A stretch of DNA of 64,000 nt from Ptychomitrium polyphyllum (lineage: Eukaryota). The notes beneath the pieces are model-generated. The model was not told where the DNA came from. It did not search any database and was given only the letters and a program-made list of their open reading frames with translations. The DNA is taken from the NCBI GenBank assembly GCA_973851085.1, contig OZ316775.1, positions 5,332,001-5,396,000 on the forward strand, written 5' to 3'. Below, in pieces: positions 37,301 to 48,920 of this stretch (the first letter of the stretch is position 1; every line of letters begins with the position of its first letter). The position numbers were made by a program, and so were the translations under genes.

Positions 37301-39029
37301 TATCTTAGAATACTTCTCTTTAAGCTTTCCATGAAGCTTAAGAATATTTTAGAAGTCTATGAATCTTCCTAAGAAGTTCCTCAAGGAGGTGGATCCTTCC
37401 TAAGAAGTTTTGCAAGGGATGTAATCTTCCTTAAAAATCTCCCAATGATTGGAATGGCTATAAAAGCATTGAAAGTATTTTAAGAAAATCCTATAATGTA
37501 CTTGTACTACAAAAGGTTCTAGAAGATTTTAAAGATTATATTGCATGATCTATATCCATGATACATGCTGAAAATCAAAACTACTAAACAATCAAATCCT
37601 ACAATATTCTTAATGATTGTTATCTTAATCCTAATGGCTCATTACACATTGTCTTTTTTTCTTTTCAAATTTTCCTCTACCCCATTAGCGGTCTTTATAT
37701 ACGTTTAGCTCCTTCTTCTCCTCATTGCTATAGAGCATATTTTCAACCTTCATTATTTTGTCTACATCTTTACTATTAGATGCTACCAAGTTTAAATCTA
37801 CTCTAATTTGTGGTCATGCTTTAAATTATCTAGTAGTAGGAATTTGGAGGGACTTTATTCTCATACTTGTGAATCAACTCCAACTTAAGGCAACTTTTAT
37901 AGCTACCAATCCTATTGAATTAGAGATTTTTTAATATAAGATTATCAGCGTATGTCTAGCTACCATTGAATCAACCTTTACATCATGCCAATTCCATTTT
38001 CAAATTTTAAACATTACTATTGAATAGAACAATAAGGATACCGTTTTTGGTAAACAATTACATATTACCAGTAGATTTATTTGAGATACTTTACATCTTG
38101 AAGATTGTACAATAACAATTGTACAATACTTGATAACTCTTGATAAGTTTTTAGCAATAATCGATCCTGCATCATGTGCAAAAAAAGCTACTTTTTAGGA
38201 TGTAAACTTGGTAACAAGAAATATCCACATCAAATACAAAACAAATTGTGGAGTCATTTGAAGCCTTCATCCCGATGTACAAGAAGTGGTAGAACTAACT
38301 AGCATTCCAAACTCCATCTTTGACAACCTCCGTAGACACCACTTTATTTGGTAACATAAATTTATTTCTTCCTTCTTTTATGTTAATTTCTGCTCTTATT
38401 CTTCTTCCTTTCCACTTACATCTTTCTCCTGCAATAGTATAAATAGATAACCTCTCTACCAAACCTCCTTTGCCATCTACAATACCGCTAATACTAAAGC
38501 ATTACATCCTACTAAGTTTTACCTTAACTTCTACCCAAACTCCCACTCCTCCTATTACTTCCACCAATTCTTTTCCACTGACTCCCTTTTTCTGCTTCTA
38601 CCAACTACCTTCCCTTCCAACTTATTTCTCCACTTCCCTCTGTTATCATTCCACTCCCTCCTACATTCAACAAAGACATCCTTTATATCAATTACAACCT
38701 TGACAACCTATAGTAGACTATTTAGTACTACATCAACGCCTTACCACTCTTAATAGAGGCTCAAGCTACTTTTGAGTAATTGGTTTTACACGCAAAACCA
38801 ATTTCTGACTGATTCCTTCACCATATCAAATAGCAAGTGTGCACACTTACATTAGAATTACACCAAAGTCAACACCAAATTTAGATTCGTTACCAAACTC
38901 TCTTCCAAACTACACCTTGCTCCAAAGCAATTGTCTAACATTTAGACGTAATCTCTTCCATACCTACTTGATACCAAACTTCAATAATAAGCCCAACAGC
39001 TTACTACTAAATGCGCCCACTATGTTAGC

Positions 39030-39662
39030 TGTTAGAGACACAAGAAACAAGAAGCTTAAACAAATTGTTTCCCAAGAATTAGCTTTTAAAAAACTAATGA
39101 TTCACAAAAACTTGATACAAATACTAGAACAAGGCAAGATTCAAGATGATCCACAACTTGTGTTGGCAAGATTAAGGAATACCTTGTCTTGCCTCCTATT
39201 TATACTATGACGTTTGTATCTCTTAGGATATTTCTAAAGAAGCTTCCTATAAGGCTTAAGAATGTTCTCAAAGTCTAAGGAACCTTCCCAAGAAGTTTCC
39301 TAAGATGTTGGAACTTTCATAAGAAGCTTCTAAAGAATTGGAACCTTCCTTGGAAGTTTCTTAAGGTAGCGGAACCTTCTTAGCAAGTTTCTTAAAGAGG
39401 TAGAACCTTCCTAAAATGATGGAACCTTCCTAGGAAGTTTACTAAGGCGATGGAATCTTCGTAGAAAACTTCCTAAGAAGTTACCTAAGATGATAGAACC
39501 TTCCTAGGAAGTTTCCTAAGATAATGGAACATTCCTAGGAAGCTTCTTAAGAACATGGAAAGACTATAGAGACATCTAAAAGTATTCTAAGAAGCTAATA
39601 TAATATACTAGAAGGTTTTAGAATGTTCTAAGGACTATGTTGCATGATCTGTGTCCGTGACA
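39030..39662 (-). repeat. 3' LTR of the family A element (633 bp, about 9 U3 repeat units)
   Basis: TG...CA, adjacent to the PPT, homologous to 45048-45525. Confidence 0.93.
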
Positions 39663-39717
39663 TCTCTTCCCTCTTTAGCGACAAGTCCCATGAGGAGCTC
39701 TTTTCTTGGCTTGCTTA

Positions 39718-40176
39718 TCACATTTATACAAATTCCAAAATTTGTCAAAGGAGTGAAGCAATAAACTCTGCTCGTTGTTCTTCGTTCACTAGTTCAACTG
39801 GTCCTTGCAAGAAGCGTCGATGGCCACCAGCCAAGACTTTTGTTGTTGAAATGTCCCATTCCAAGATCTGATCTTAATTAAATCCTTCAAAACATCCTCG
39901 AAACAAGATTTTGGATCCTCCAAAAGTGACTCTTCCAATTTCTAATAAGATAACTAGAGCGCGAGCATCTGAATCAAGACTGGAATATGAAGGGCGACTA
40001 GTCAATACTTCTGCACTAGGTTGTACTCAACGTTGGGATGTCCCTCTCATATCTTGACTTAGATCCTCCGTTACCAAGGGCTAAGAAAGTTGAGTTGGCT
40101 CAACAGATGCTGTTATCGATGAAGGCATGGCCGACTACTCTTCACACATATCTATGATAACAGGAAGATTTGACAT
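39718..40176 (-). pseudogene. Extra 3' ORF (ORF3) of the family A chromovirus, about 152 codons, unknown function
   Basis: Single frame from ATG 40176 with no frameshift and 6 internal stops. The C-terminal ~80 aa align with the family B ORF at 28664-29014. Confidence 0.72.
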
Positions 40177-43100
40177 ACTAGCTAGGATCTAAAGATGATC
40201 TATCTTGGAAATAATGCTGCATACAATTGGAGATTTGGATATCTCTCCTTCCTTCTTATACTTGTCTATGAAGGAAAAACTTCTTTGTGAAGCTAACGGC
40301 TATTGATGACACATCATCACTGACCTGGTTTTGAGGATACCTTTGATGAAATTTGCATAGTTTCTCAGATGCATTTGTTACGTTCATTGAAGGTTTCCAT
40401 GTTCACTCATTGATACCATACCCTTGCCAATGTATAAGGTACTCCACACATCCGTTCTTGATGCGTGAATCTAAGATCTCTTCCACTTCATATTCAGTTT
40501 CATTATTGATTTCCAACGGAAAAGGCAGAGGGACAATTCTCTCTAGTATACACAATTTGTTATAGGTTTCCAACAACAATACGTGGAATACTGGATGAAT
40601 TTGCATGCTTGGCGGTAGCTTTAGGCGATAACTAACCGGATTTGTCTGTTTGCTGATTTCAAACAATCCCAGCCTTTGATAGTCCAACTCCTTTGATGGT
40701 CTTTTTGTTTATATATTTTGTCGTAAGAGCCATACGCTATCTCCAACCTTGAACTTTGGATGGTTCTTCCGATGGCGTTTTGCATAAGTTTTGTAACGAT
40801 CTTGAGCTAGTTGTAACTGAAAAGCAATTTCTTGATGGATTTTAGCAAGTTGAGTTGCAAAATCCTTTGCTGCAGGACTTCCAACATACTTCACTTGAAA
40901 TGGATCTACTAGAGGATGATGGCCATAGTTTGCAAAGAATGGACTTTGAGTTGTTGAAGAATGCATCGTATTGTTGTAAGCAAACTCTGCCAAAGGCAAG
41001 AGGTCCATCCAATTGTATTGTTGGTAGTTTATGCTATAACAAAGGTACTGCTTCAAAATTTGATTTATACGTTTGGTTTGACCATCAGTTTGTGCATGGT
41101 GTATTGAAGAAAGGTTGATTTTTACACACAACAGCTGGAATAGAGCCTTTCAAAAGTTGGAAATGAACTGCGGCCCTCAATCGGATACAATATCATTTGG
41201 TAGTCCATGTATGCGGTAGACATGATTTAGGAACAACTTGGCAGTTTCTTCTCCCATTACCGTCATGTTGCATGGAATGAAATGTGCCATTTTGACAAAT
41301 TGATCCACCACTACCAAAATAGAATCCTTAGAATCGGAGTAGCGAAGGTCCGAGATAAAATCCATTGACAAAGACAACCATGGACTTTTTGGCACTGAAA
41401 GCGGATGGAGGAGACCATGAGGTTGGTGTCTTGGTACTTTGGCCCTTGCACAAGTGTCGCATGATTGAACAAAGTCCTTTACATACTTCAACATTTGTAG
41501 CCACCAATAGTCTCTAGCAATCAATTCCATTGTTTTTTTGAATTCAAAATGTCATGCTGCTGGAAAATCATGACGTGCTTGAAGGATCTTCAACCGCAAA
41601 GGGCTCGGAGGTAGGTACAAAAGTGCTTTATAATAAAGTAGGCCCTCTTGGAATTCAAAATCCTCATCGCTATTTGAAGGATTTCCATTGTCTTTGAGGC
41701 GTTTCTTTATATTTGAAACAAAGACGTCATTCTTTAAAGCCTTCCGAATTTTGCCCAAATGGAATGTTGTTGTAATAATGGCTGCTTTTAATTGAAGATT
41801 CTCAGGCTTCAACAAAATAGTCTTTTTTTGATTCAAAACATCATTTCCAAATTGAGGAGCTAAATAAGATCTTTGAGATAAGGCATTTGGCTTACCTTGC
41901 AAGCTACCAAAACGATAGGTAATGACAAAGTCAAATCAGGAAAGTAATAATATTCCACCTTGCTTGACGGCGATTCAAAACGCACGCATTCATGAAATAC
42001 TTCAAGTCCATGTGGTCTGTGTATATCGTGATGGTATGTTGAGCTCCTTCCAATAAGTGTTGCCATTCCTCAAATGCATCCACAATTGCAAGTAGTTCTT
42101 CATCATGGATATCATAGTTGATCTTTGTCGCTAAAAAATTCCTTGAACAAAACGCAAGAGAGTGAAGTCTCTTGTCTTCATCATATTGTGAGAATACTGA
42201 GCCAAGCACAAAATCTGAGGCATCCACTTCCAAATAGAAAGGCTTTGATGGATTTGGATGAATAAGAATTGGAGCCGACATGAATGACTTTTTAAGACTT
42301 TGAAATACTTTTTCCGCCTCTTCATCCCAAATGAATTTTTGCTTCCCCGTAAGACGTGTTAATGGTGCCGCAATCTAGGAATAATTCTTGATGAATATCC
42401 TGTAGAAGTTTGCACATCTCAGGAAGCAATGAACATTTTGAATTGATCTTGGTGTACTCCACTCCATGACAGTGCTTATTTTTTTCTTATCCATATGGAT
42501 TCCTCCTTTGGAAATGGTGTAGCCTAAAATTCAACCGAGGATCAAAGAAAAGGCACTTCTCCAATTTGGCATATAATCCTTGCTGGCGTAATTTTTTCTA
42601 AATCCAGTCGCACATGACATTCGTGGTCTTGTTCATCTTTTGAATATATTAAAATGTCATCTAAGTAGATGACTATAAAATCATCCAGATACTCATGGAA
42701 GATATCATTCATCATATGTTGAAAGACTGCAGGAGCATTAGTAAGGCCAAAAGGCATGACATTGTATTCAAAATGACCATACCTAGATTGAAAAGTTGTC
42801 TTCCATTCGTCTCTTTCTTTGATGCGTACAAGATTGTAGGCTCCCTTAAGATCAATTTTGGAGAATATCCTTGCTTGGCCAAGTTGTTGTAGGAGTCCTG
42901 AGATTAATGGTAATGGATAGCGATTCTTTTTTGTTACTTTATTGTGGCCTCGATAGTCCACGCACATACGTAATGATCCATCTTTCTTCTTTACAAATGG
43001 AACAAGTGCTCCAGCAGGTGATTTAGAGTGTTGAATGAAACCCTTTCCAGTTTTTCATCAATATATTCTCTCAAGGCAGCCAACTCAGTTTGTGATAAGT

Positions 43101-45033
43101 TATAAATACGTCGAAAAGATGGTTGGGCTCCTCCTTACAACTCAATGGTACAATTGTAAGGCTTTAGTAACATGTCCGCATTCTTCATTTCAAAAACGTC
43201 TTTATAATCTTGATATTGACAGGGTATGTTTTGATTAGTTTTTATTGTAAAACTAGACATTGGCGTGGCATAAATGGCATAGATTGGTTCATCCTTTGCC
43301 GCTCTCATGAATGCCTTAGCTCCAATAAATGATGGTCCAAGATTTCTTGTACTTTGACGTCTTTTCCTTAAATCCACACTTCATGAGCGCCAGTCAATGT
43401 CTGGATTATGTAATTCAAACCAAAGAAGGTCCAAAACAATAGGATTTGTTTGGCATTGAATGATGTTGAAGGCAATTTTAGATGCCTGGTCTCTTAAAAC
43501 AAACCTCCAAAAGTTGAGTTTCTTCAATAACGTTGCCAGACGCAAGAAATCGTCCTCAATAACTTCAACAGGTGCGGGATATTTTTTGTTCACAAGCACC
43601 ATGTGATGTTTTGTTGCAAAATCCTTGTTTATGAAACATGACGTTGCACGAATGTTTAAAAGAGCCTTACTAATTATTTCATCATCTAACAACATAATTT
43701 TGATAGGAAATGTAAAGTTTGATGTAGGGCTTGAAGGTAGTATGAAATCTTGATTTGATGGTCGTTTCCTTATAGTGTCCAATCACATGGTCCTTACTGT
43801 AACTGGATTGCCTCATTTTTCAACTCTGCCATTGTGCTTTGAGCCTTAAAGGCAAATCCTTTGATTTGGAAATTGCGCACTTTATGTCCAGACTTGTCAC
43901 AATACAAATATAGGTTTTCTCTTTGACCCCTTTCTTTTTCTTTTGGAGTCAAACATCTAAGCTAGGCAGCATAAATTTGCATAGGTTTTGGTCCTTGTGG
44001 TCGGCTTTCTGATATTCTTGAAGAAGTGGTATCCATGGTTTGATGTATTGATCACCATTCCAAGCGTTGTCCTTGGCGCCTTTCAAATAGTTTATTGTCA
44101 CATGCTATTGCTTAAGTGATGAATTTGTCCAATGTTTCAACTCTTGGCATAATAGTAGCAAGTCCTTTATATTTTCTCTTAAGCCCCATCAGAATTGTGT
44201 GATCAAGGCTTTATCATTCCAATTAAGGTTGCAAACTAATTGTTGAAACTCTGCACCATATGTAACAGCTGAGCGCTGTCCTTGTTGGAGACTCTGGATC
44301 CTTGTCTCAACCACCCTTTCTTGGTCGGTATCTCCAAAAGTAGATGTCAATGCTTCTATAAAAGCATTCAAGTTGTTCAATAATGGTGACTGCTTCTCCA
44401 TAGTGGTGCAAACCACGATATTGCATTGTTTGATAAAAGAGTGGTTACAAATCCCACTTGATTTGTGCCATCAGGATAGCAAAATTGATGCAAACTGAGG
44501 AAGAGTCTTACTTGTTGAACAAAGCCTCTCAATTTTGATCTTGATCCATCGAACTTATCTGGCATGCTAATCTTTGGCTCTGCATGGATTCGACGTAAGT
44601 CTTCCCTTCCAATATTGGCCTCTTGCAATCAAACAACCTCTTGATATAGGCTTTGAATATCACCATCGGATTCTTCAGCTTGCCAAGTATGTTGCTCCAA
44701 ATTGTTGGTGGTATTAAAACAGGCGAGTTCCGTTTGAACTGTGTTTAATAATTCTTGAAGGTCTGCAATAGTTGCAAACCTATTCTCTGATGTTCCAGGC
44801 ACATTATCCATTTCTTAAGTTTGTCATAATTAAAAAGACTATGAATACCTTCAAAGGAAAAAAATCCACGTCCTTTGAAAGAAGTAAGACTTGGTTCTAG
44901 AAGGAGAAATGAACTCTATGGTGCCAGCTTAGAAGAGGGTAATCCACAACTTCTAAGACGCTATGGAATCCTAAAAAAGATGGATAATCTACAATCTTCT
45001 TCAAAGAACCTTAGTTCTAGCAGAGATGAAGAG

Positions 45034-45045
45034 TAGTCTTGCCAA
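45034..45045 (-). promoter_or_regulatory. Self-priming primer-binding site (complementary to the predicted 5' end of the element RNA)
   Basis: TTGGCAAGACTA (minus strand) is the exact complement of LTR positions 45192-45181, which begin 30 nt after the start of the TATA box. Confidence 0.8.
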
Positions 45046-45047
45046 AC

Positions 45048-45525
45048 TGTTAGGAACACAAGAAAGAAGAAGCTTAAACAAAGTGTTTCCCAAGAATTAG
45101 CTTCCAAAGAGCTAATGATTAACAAGAACTTGATACAAAGACTAGAACAAGGCAAGATTCAAGATGATCCACAACTTGTGTTGGCAAGACTAAGGAATAC
45201 CTTGTCTTGCCTCCTATTTATACTATGACGTTTGTATATCTTAGGATACTTCTAAAGAAGCTTCCTACAAGGTTTAAGAATGTTCTGGAAGTCCAAAGAA
45301 CCTTCCCAAGAAGTTTCCTAAGATGTTGGAACCTTCCTAAGAAGCTTCCAAGGAATTGGAACCTTCCTAGGAAATTTCCTAAGATGGTGGGACTTTCCTA
45401 GGAAGCTTCCTAAGAACATGGAAAGGCTATGGAGACATCTAGAAGTATTCTAAGAAGCCATTATAGTATACTAGAAGGTTTTAGAATGTTCTAAGGATTA
45501 TGTTGCATGATCTATGTCTGTGACA
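45048..45525 (-). repeat. 5' LTR of the family A element (478 bp, about 4 U3 repeat units)
   Basis: TG...CA, TATAAATA at 45222-45215, followed on the minus strand by the PBS at 45045-45034. Confidence 0.93.
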
Positions 45526-46009
45526 TTAGCAAGCGTAGAATAGTAATGTACTTCATTGCCAAACTTACTACTAATACTAGAAGGCATGCAAACTACTTAT
45601 AAAAAACCGCCATTGCTTTTATAATGCCTAAACCGCCTTGTAGAAGCAAAATGACATCATCTACCATTATCAACAAAACTTTTTAGATTGGAAGGACACC
45701 AACCCAATGACGGATTTTTTCTCCTTACTTAGTTTCTACAATTTAAATAACAAAGTCTTTAACAGCTTGACAACGGCAACCAATTAAGCAATAATCAAGC
45801 TGCTCAACACTTCCAAACTAATATTTCCTACCACTTCTTGCTTGGTATTAATAATAGCCAACCCTTTTCTATTGTCTTCTTATTTCTTGCAAGCACAAAT
45901 CTCTCTACTTATCTTACAATGCAAGGTCTACATTCTTTTCTTACCTACCAAACAAACACTACCATCTTCCCTACCAATTTTGTAGCAACTTCTATTTGAC
46001 AAATTCCTC

Positions 46010-46338
46010 ATTACCCGATACTACCAGACTTTTCCTATTGGTACTATTGTACTTTCTCTACCGGAAGTATTAGATGATAGTAGTTAGTGTATTAGTTCAA
46101 ATAATAGATGTAGATCTAGAATTATAGGATCTAAAACATAGTATATAATCCCTCAACCAAGATATTTGAGGATGTGGTGTATTTTTTTTATTAATCAAGT
46201 TTTTTTTTAAAGGTTATTAAGGTGTGTTTTCATATAGATTAGTTGAATTGTTATTAATATATAATAATCTAAAAATTGTCTTAAGTATATTTTTTCTTCA
46301 CTTTTAATGAGCTTTCAATTGCAAATATTCTTTTGTTT
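46010..46338 (+). repeat. Old LTR-like repeat (family C), right copy
   Basis: Direct-repeat similarity to 22880-23229; ends ccttaaca. Confidence 0.65.
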
Positions 46339-48189
46339 GGTAGTTACCAACCTTAACAACTAAGAATGCCACTTTGAACAAGTCAAAAAATTTGTAGCAA
46401 TTTTTTTTCTATATTAGCCTTTTGAAAGCCATTTTAGTTCTTGAAAACGTTTTTTTAATTAGAATTCCATATTTAGTTGGCTCTTTTGAGATCAACTCTT
46501 TAAATAAAATATGTAACAATACAATGAAAAATGCCAATTTTATGATTCATTTTGTATCAAAAACATGATACATTTAATATTGGTTTGCAATTATTTAACA
46601 AGTATTTTAATTATATTTTATTAGATAGATATAACAATATGAAAAATGTGATAATTCGAAATAAAATATTATGGAATTTGTTCTGGTATTTTCATATAAA
46701 CAGAATTCAAGAAGAAAGTGAATGTAGAAATTTCAATAATATGTAGCATTAATGAAAATGGAATTTTGAAGATTTACCATAATTTCATAATGATAACTAC
46801 AATTTACTTCTGTACAAAGTACACATAACTTCATACAAATAAATATGCTTGAACTTTAGAAGTGCACTTGAATTCATGTTTGTTATAGTAGACAAAAGAT
46901 ACAAGGAATTGGAAAATAAATAAAAATAAATCCGTGTAAAATATTTAAAAATATTTGATTCATAATTATAATAATTTTATTTATCTTGAATATTATTTTT
47001 TAATTAAAATTTAATTAATGAAGTATAGAACATATTTGAAATTTAGTCAAAACTAGATAAAAATCTTAAAGTAATAAGAACAAGGTGGAATTGGAGGATT
47101 TTTTGAAGTTTTATAAATCAAATATAGCTTTATGTGTTTATGTAATTCCTTTGTTATTTTATATCAACTTCAAAAGTTATTTTAATTGGCATTCTATTTA
47201 TTAACACAACTTTTAAATGATTTTGTTCAATTTTAGAAAGAAATCATTAATTATTATATAAATTTAAAAGCTTTATGGATGAACTTACAACTTGTTTTTG
47301 TAGAAATGGATAAAAAGAAAGTTACATACCAATAAATTAAAAAATTTCATTTAGGTCTAAATTTAGCTTAAATATATGCTTTTGAACTTATTCAATAGAA
47401 TTATTGGAAGATAAAACAACTCTAATTTGGCAATCCTAGTAGAAGCTACAAAAAGACATTAAAGGTCTATTAGTTGCCTTTTATAGTGGTATTTTTTTGT
47501 TTAAATCCATTATATAAGCAATAAATTATAATAATAGATTATTTGATTAAAAAAAACGAATAATAAAAAAAATTGATTTTATTTGTTGTTTTTAAGTCCC
47601 TACTATAAAAATTAATGTTCATATACTTAAAGATTTAGAGCTTTTGATTCTATTATAAATATAAATTTTATTAAATGGCATAAATTTCTTATGGAATTTA
47701 AAAATAAGCTGGCAAAATATTGGCAAAGGTTTTTGATGGTAGAATTATCAAATTAAAATATTATTTAATGAATAAAAGCCATTAGGTACTAATATAGATA
47801 ATTTTGAATGAGAAATGATTTTTAACATTATCAACCATCACATAGTACTATTAATTTAAAATAAAAATTGCTCAAAGGTTCACAACTCAAATATAGATTG
47901 CCAAAAAAATGATCTTTAATGGTTTAAGATAAAAATACATCTTGAAAAGAAGCGTTAAAGTAAAACCATAAATGATGTTTTGAAATAAAATTCAAAGAAA
48001 TGAAGACACTTACTAAAAGGTTAAAAAATAAATAAAGATAGAAAAAAACCATCAATTAAAATAACCTCTAATAATAACTAGTTTATATTAATCATTACAA
48101 GAGTAAATTTTTTTGTGTTAAGTTTTTTGTTCAATATCAAGATTTTTTTAATTTATTTAAGTAAAAATATTAATATGCTTCCAAAGTGT

Positions 48190-48920
48190 TGATTGTCTGA
48201 TTGTGCAATTGATCTTCAAAATAAAAGACAACCACCATTTGGGCCAATTTACATTTTATCAAAAATTTAGTTACAAATGACAAACGTATATAAATGTTAG
48301 TCTTACCAAAAAATTTATTCAACATTCATATTTCTTTTGTAAAATGATTATGATGGCTTGTAATGTATGATTCAACAAGCTCATAATTAAAAATCAAAGT
48401 CTTTTAATTAATATTGAATATTTTTAAGAACTTTAAGAACATACAAAAATTGACTTATGTTTGCTTATAGTCTAATTTGCATTAAGAAAGATGACAAATG
48501 GTGTATAATTTTTTGAATAAAGTATGGTCATTTTGAATATAGTGCTATGCATTTGGCATTATCAATAATTATACTTTTTATTAATGTAAAATAAACGACA
48601 TTTTTAAAGAATATCTTGATAAATTTTTAATTATTTACTTAGTTCACATACTAATTGTTTCAAAAAACAAATAAAAACTTTAAAAACATGTTTGAGTTAT
48701 TTAAATTTGACCATGAGAAATTGATCTTTTAACAAAGTTGGAAAAATGTGAATTTTAGTAGTGTCAAGTATAATAGGTAGGATAAGCCATTTTTTTGCTT
48801 GATGTCTTAATGGATCTAAGAAATGTACAAATCATTGTTACTTAAATAACACCATCTATTCTTTTAAATGTACAATGTTTCTTGGATTTTGCAAAGTTCT
48901 ATAAGATTTCATTACAAATG
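48190..48920 (+). mobile_element. Highly decayed Ty3/gypsy reverse transcriptase fragment
   Basis: Residual motifs CAIDLQNKRQPPFGPIYILS, TKIDL, YGHFEY, EYLDKFLIIYL and MDLRNV (cf. MDPxKV). Confidence 0.75.

Larger units (their letters stand above)
23243..37563 (-). mobile_element. Ty3/gypsy chromovirus family A, copy 2; internally deleted and carrying nested insertions
   Basis: 3' LTR 23243-24262 (interrupted by a solo LTR) with PPT at 24263-24276. 5' LTR 37110-37563 with PBS at 37096-37107. Both LTRs share subfamily-specific U3 text (aatgattggaatggcta) and CATG flanks both ends. Decayed gag (about 36740-35730) and protease (about 35710-35500) are present; RT/RH/INT are absent. Confidence 0.8.
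39030..45525 (-). mobile_element. Full-length Ty3/gypsy chromovirus (family A; Tf1/sushi/Tcn1-like), pseudogenised
   Basis: 5' LTR 45048-45525 and 3' LTR 39030-39662 (TG...CA), perfect TSD TTAGC (39025-39029 / 45526-45530), PPT at 39663-39676. Order is gag (ATG 44811), PR, RT (YLDDILIYS), RNase H, INT (HHCC, SMDFI), chromodomain (EYEVEEILDSR...EYLIHWQGY). Multiple stops and frameshifts. Confidence 0.96.

Noticed and set aside
47050..47900. Possible LINE reverse transcriptase relic
   Set aside because: Motif order is suggestive but the sequence is too decayed to call by eye.
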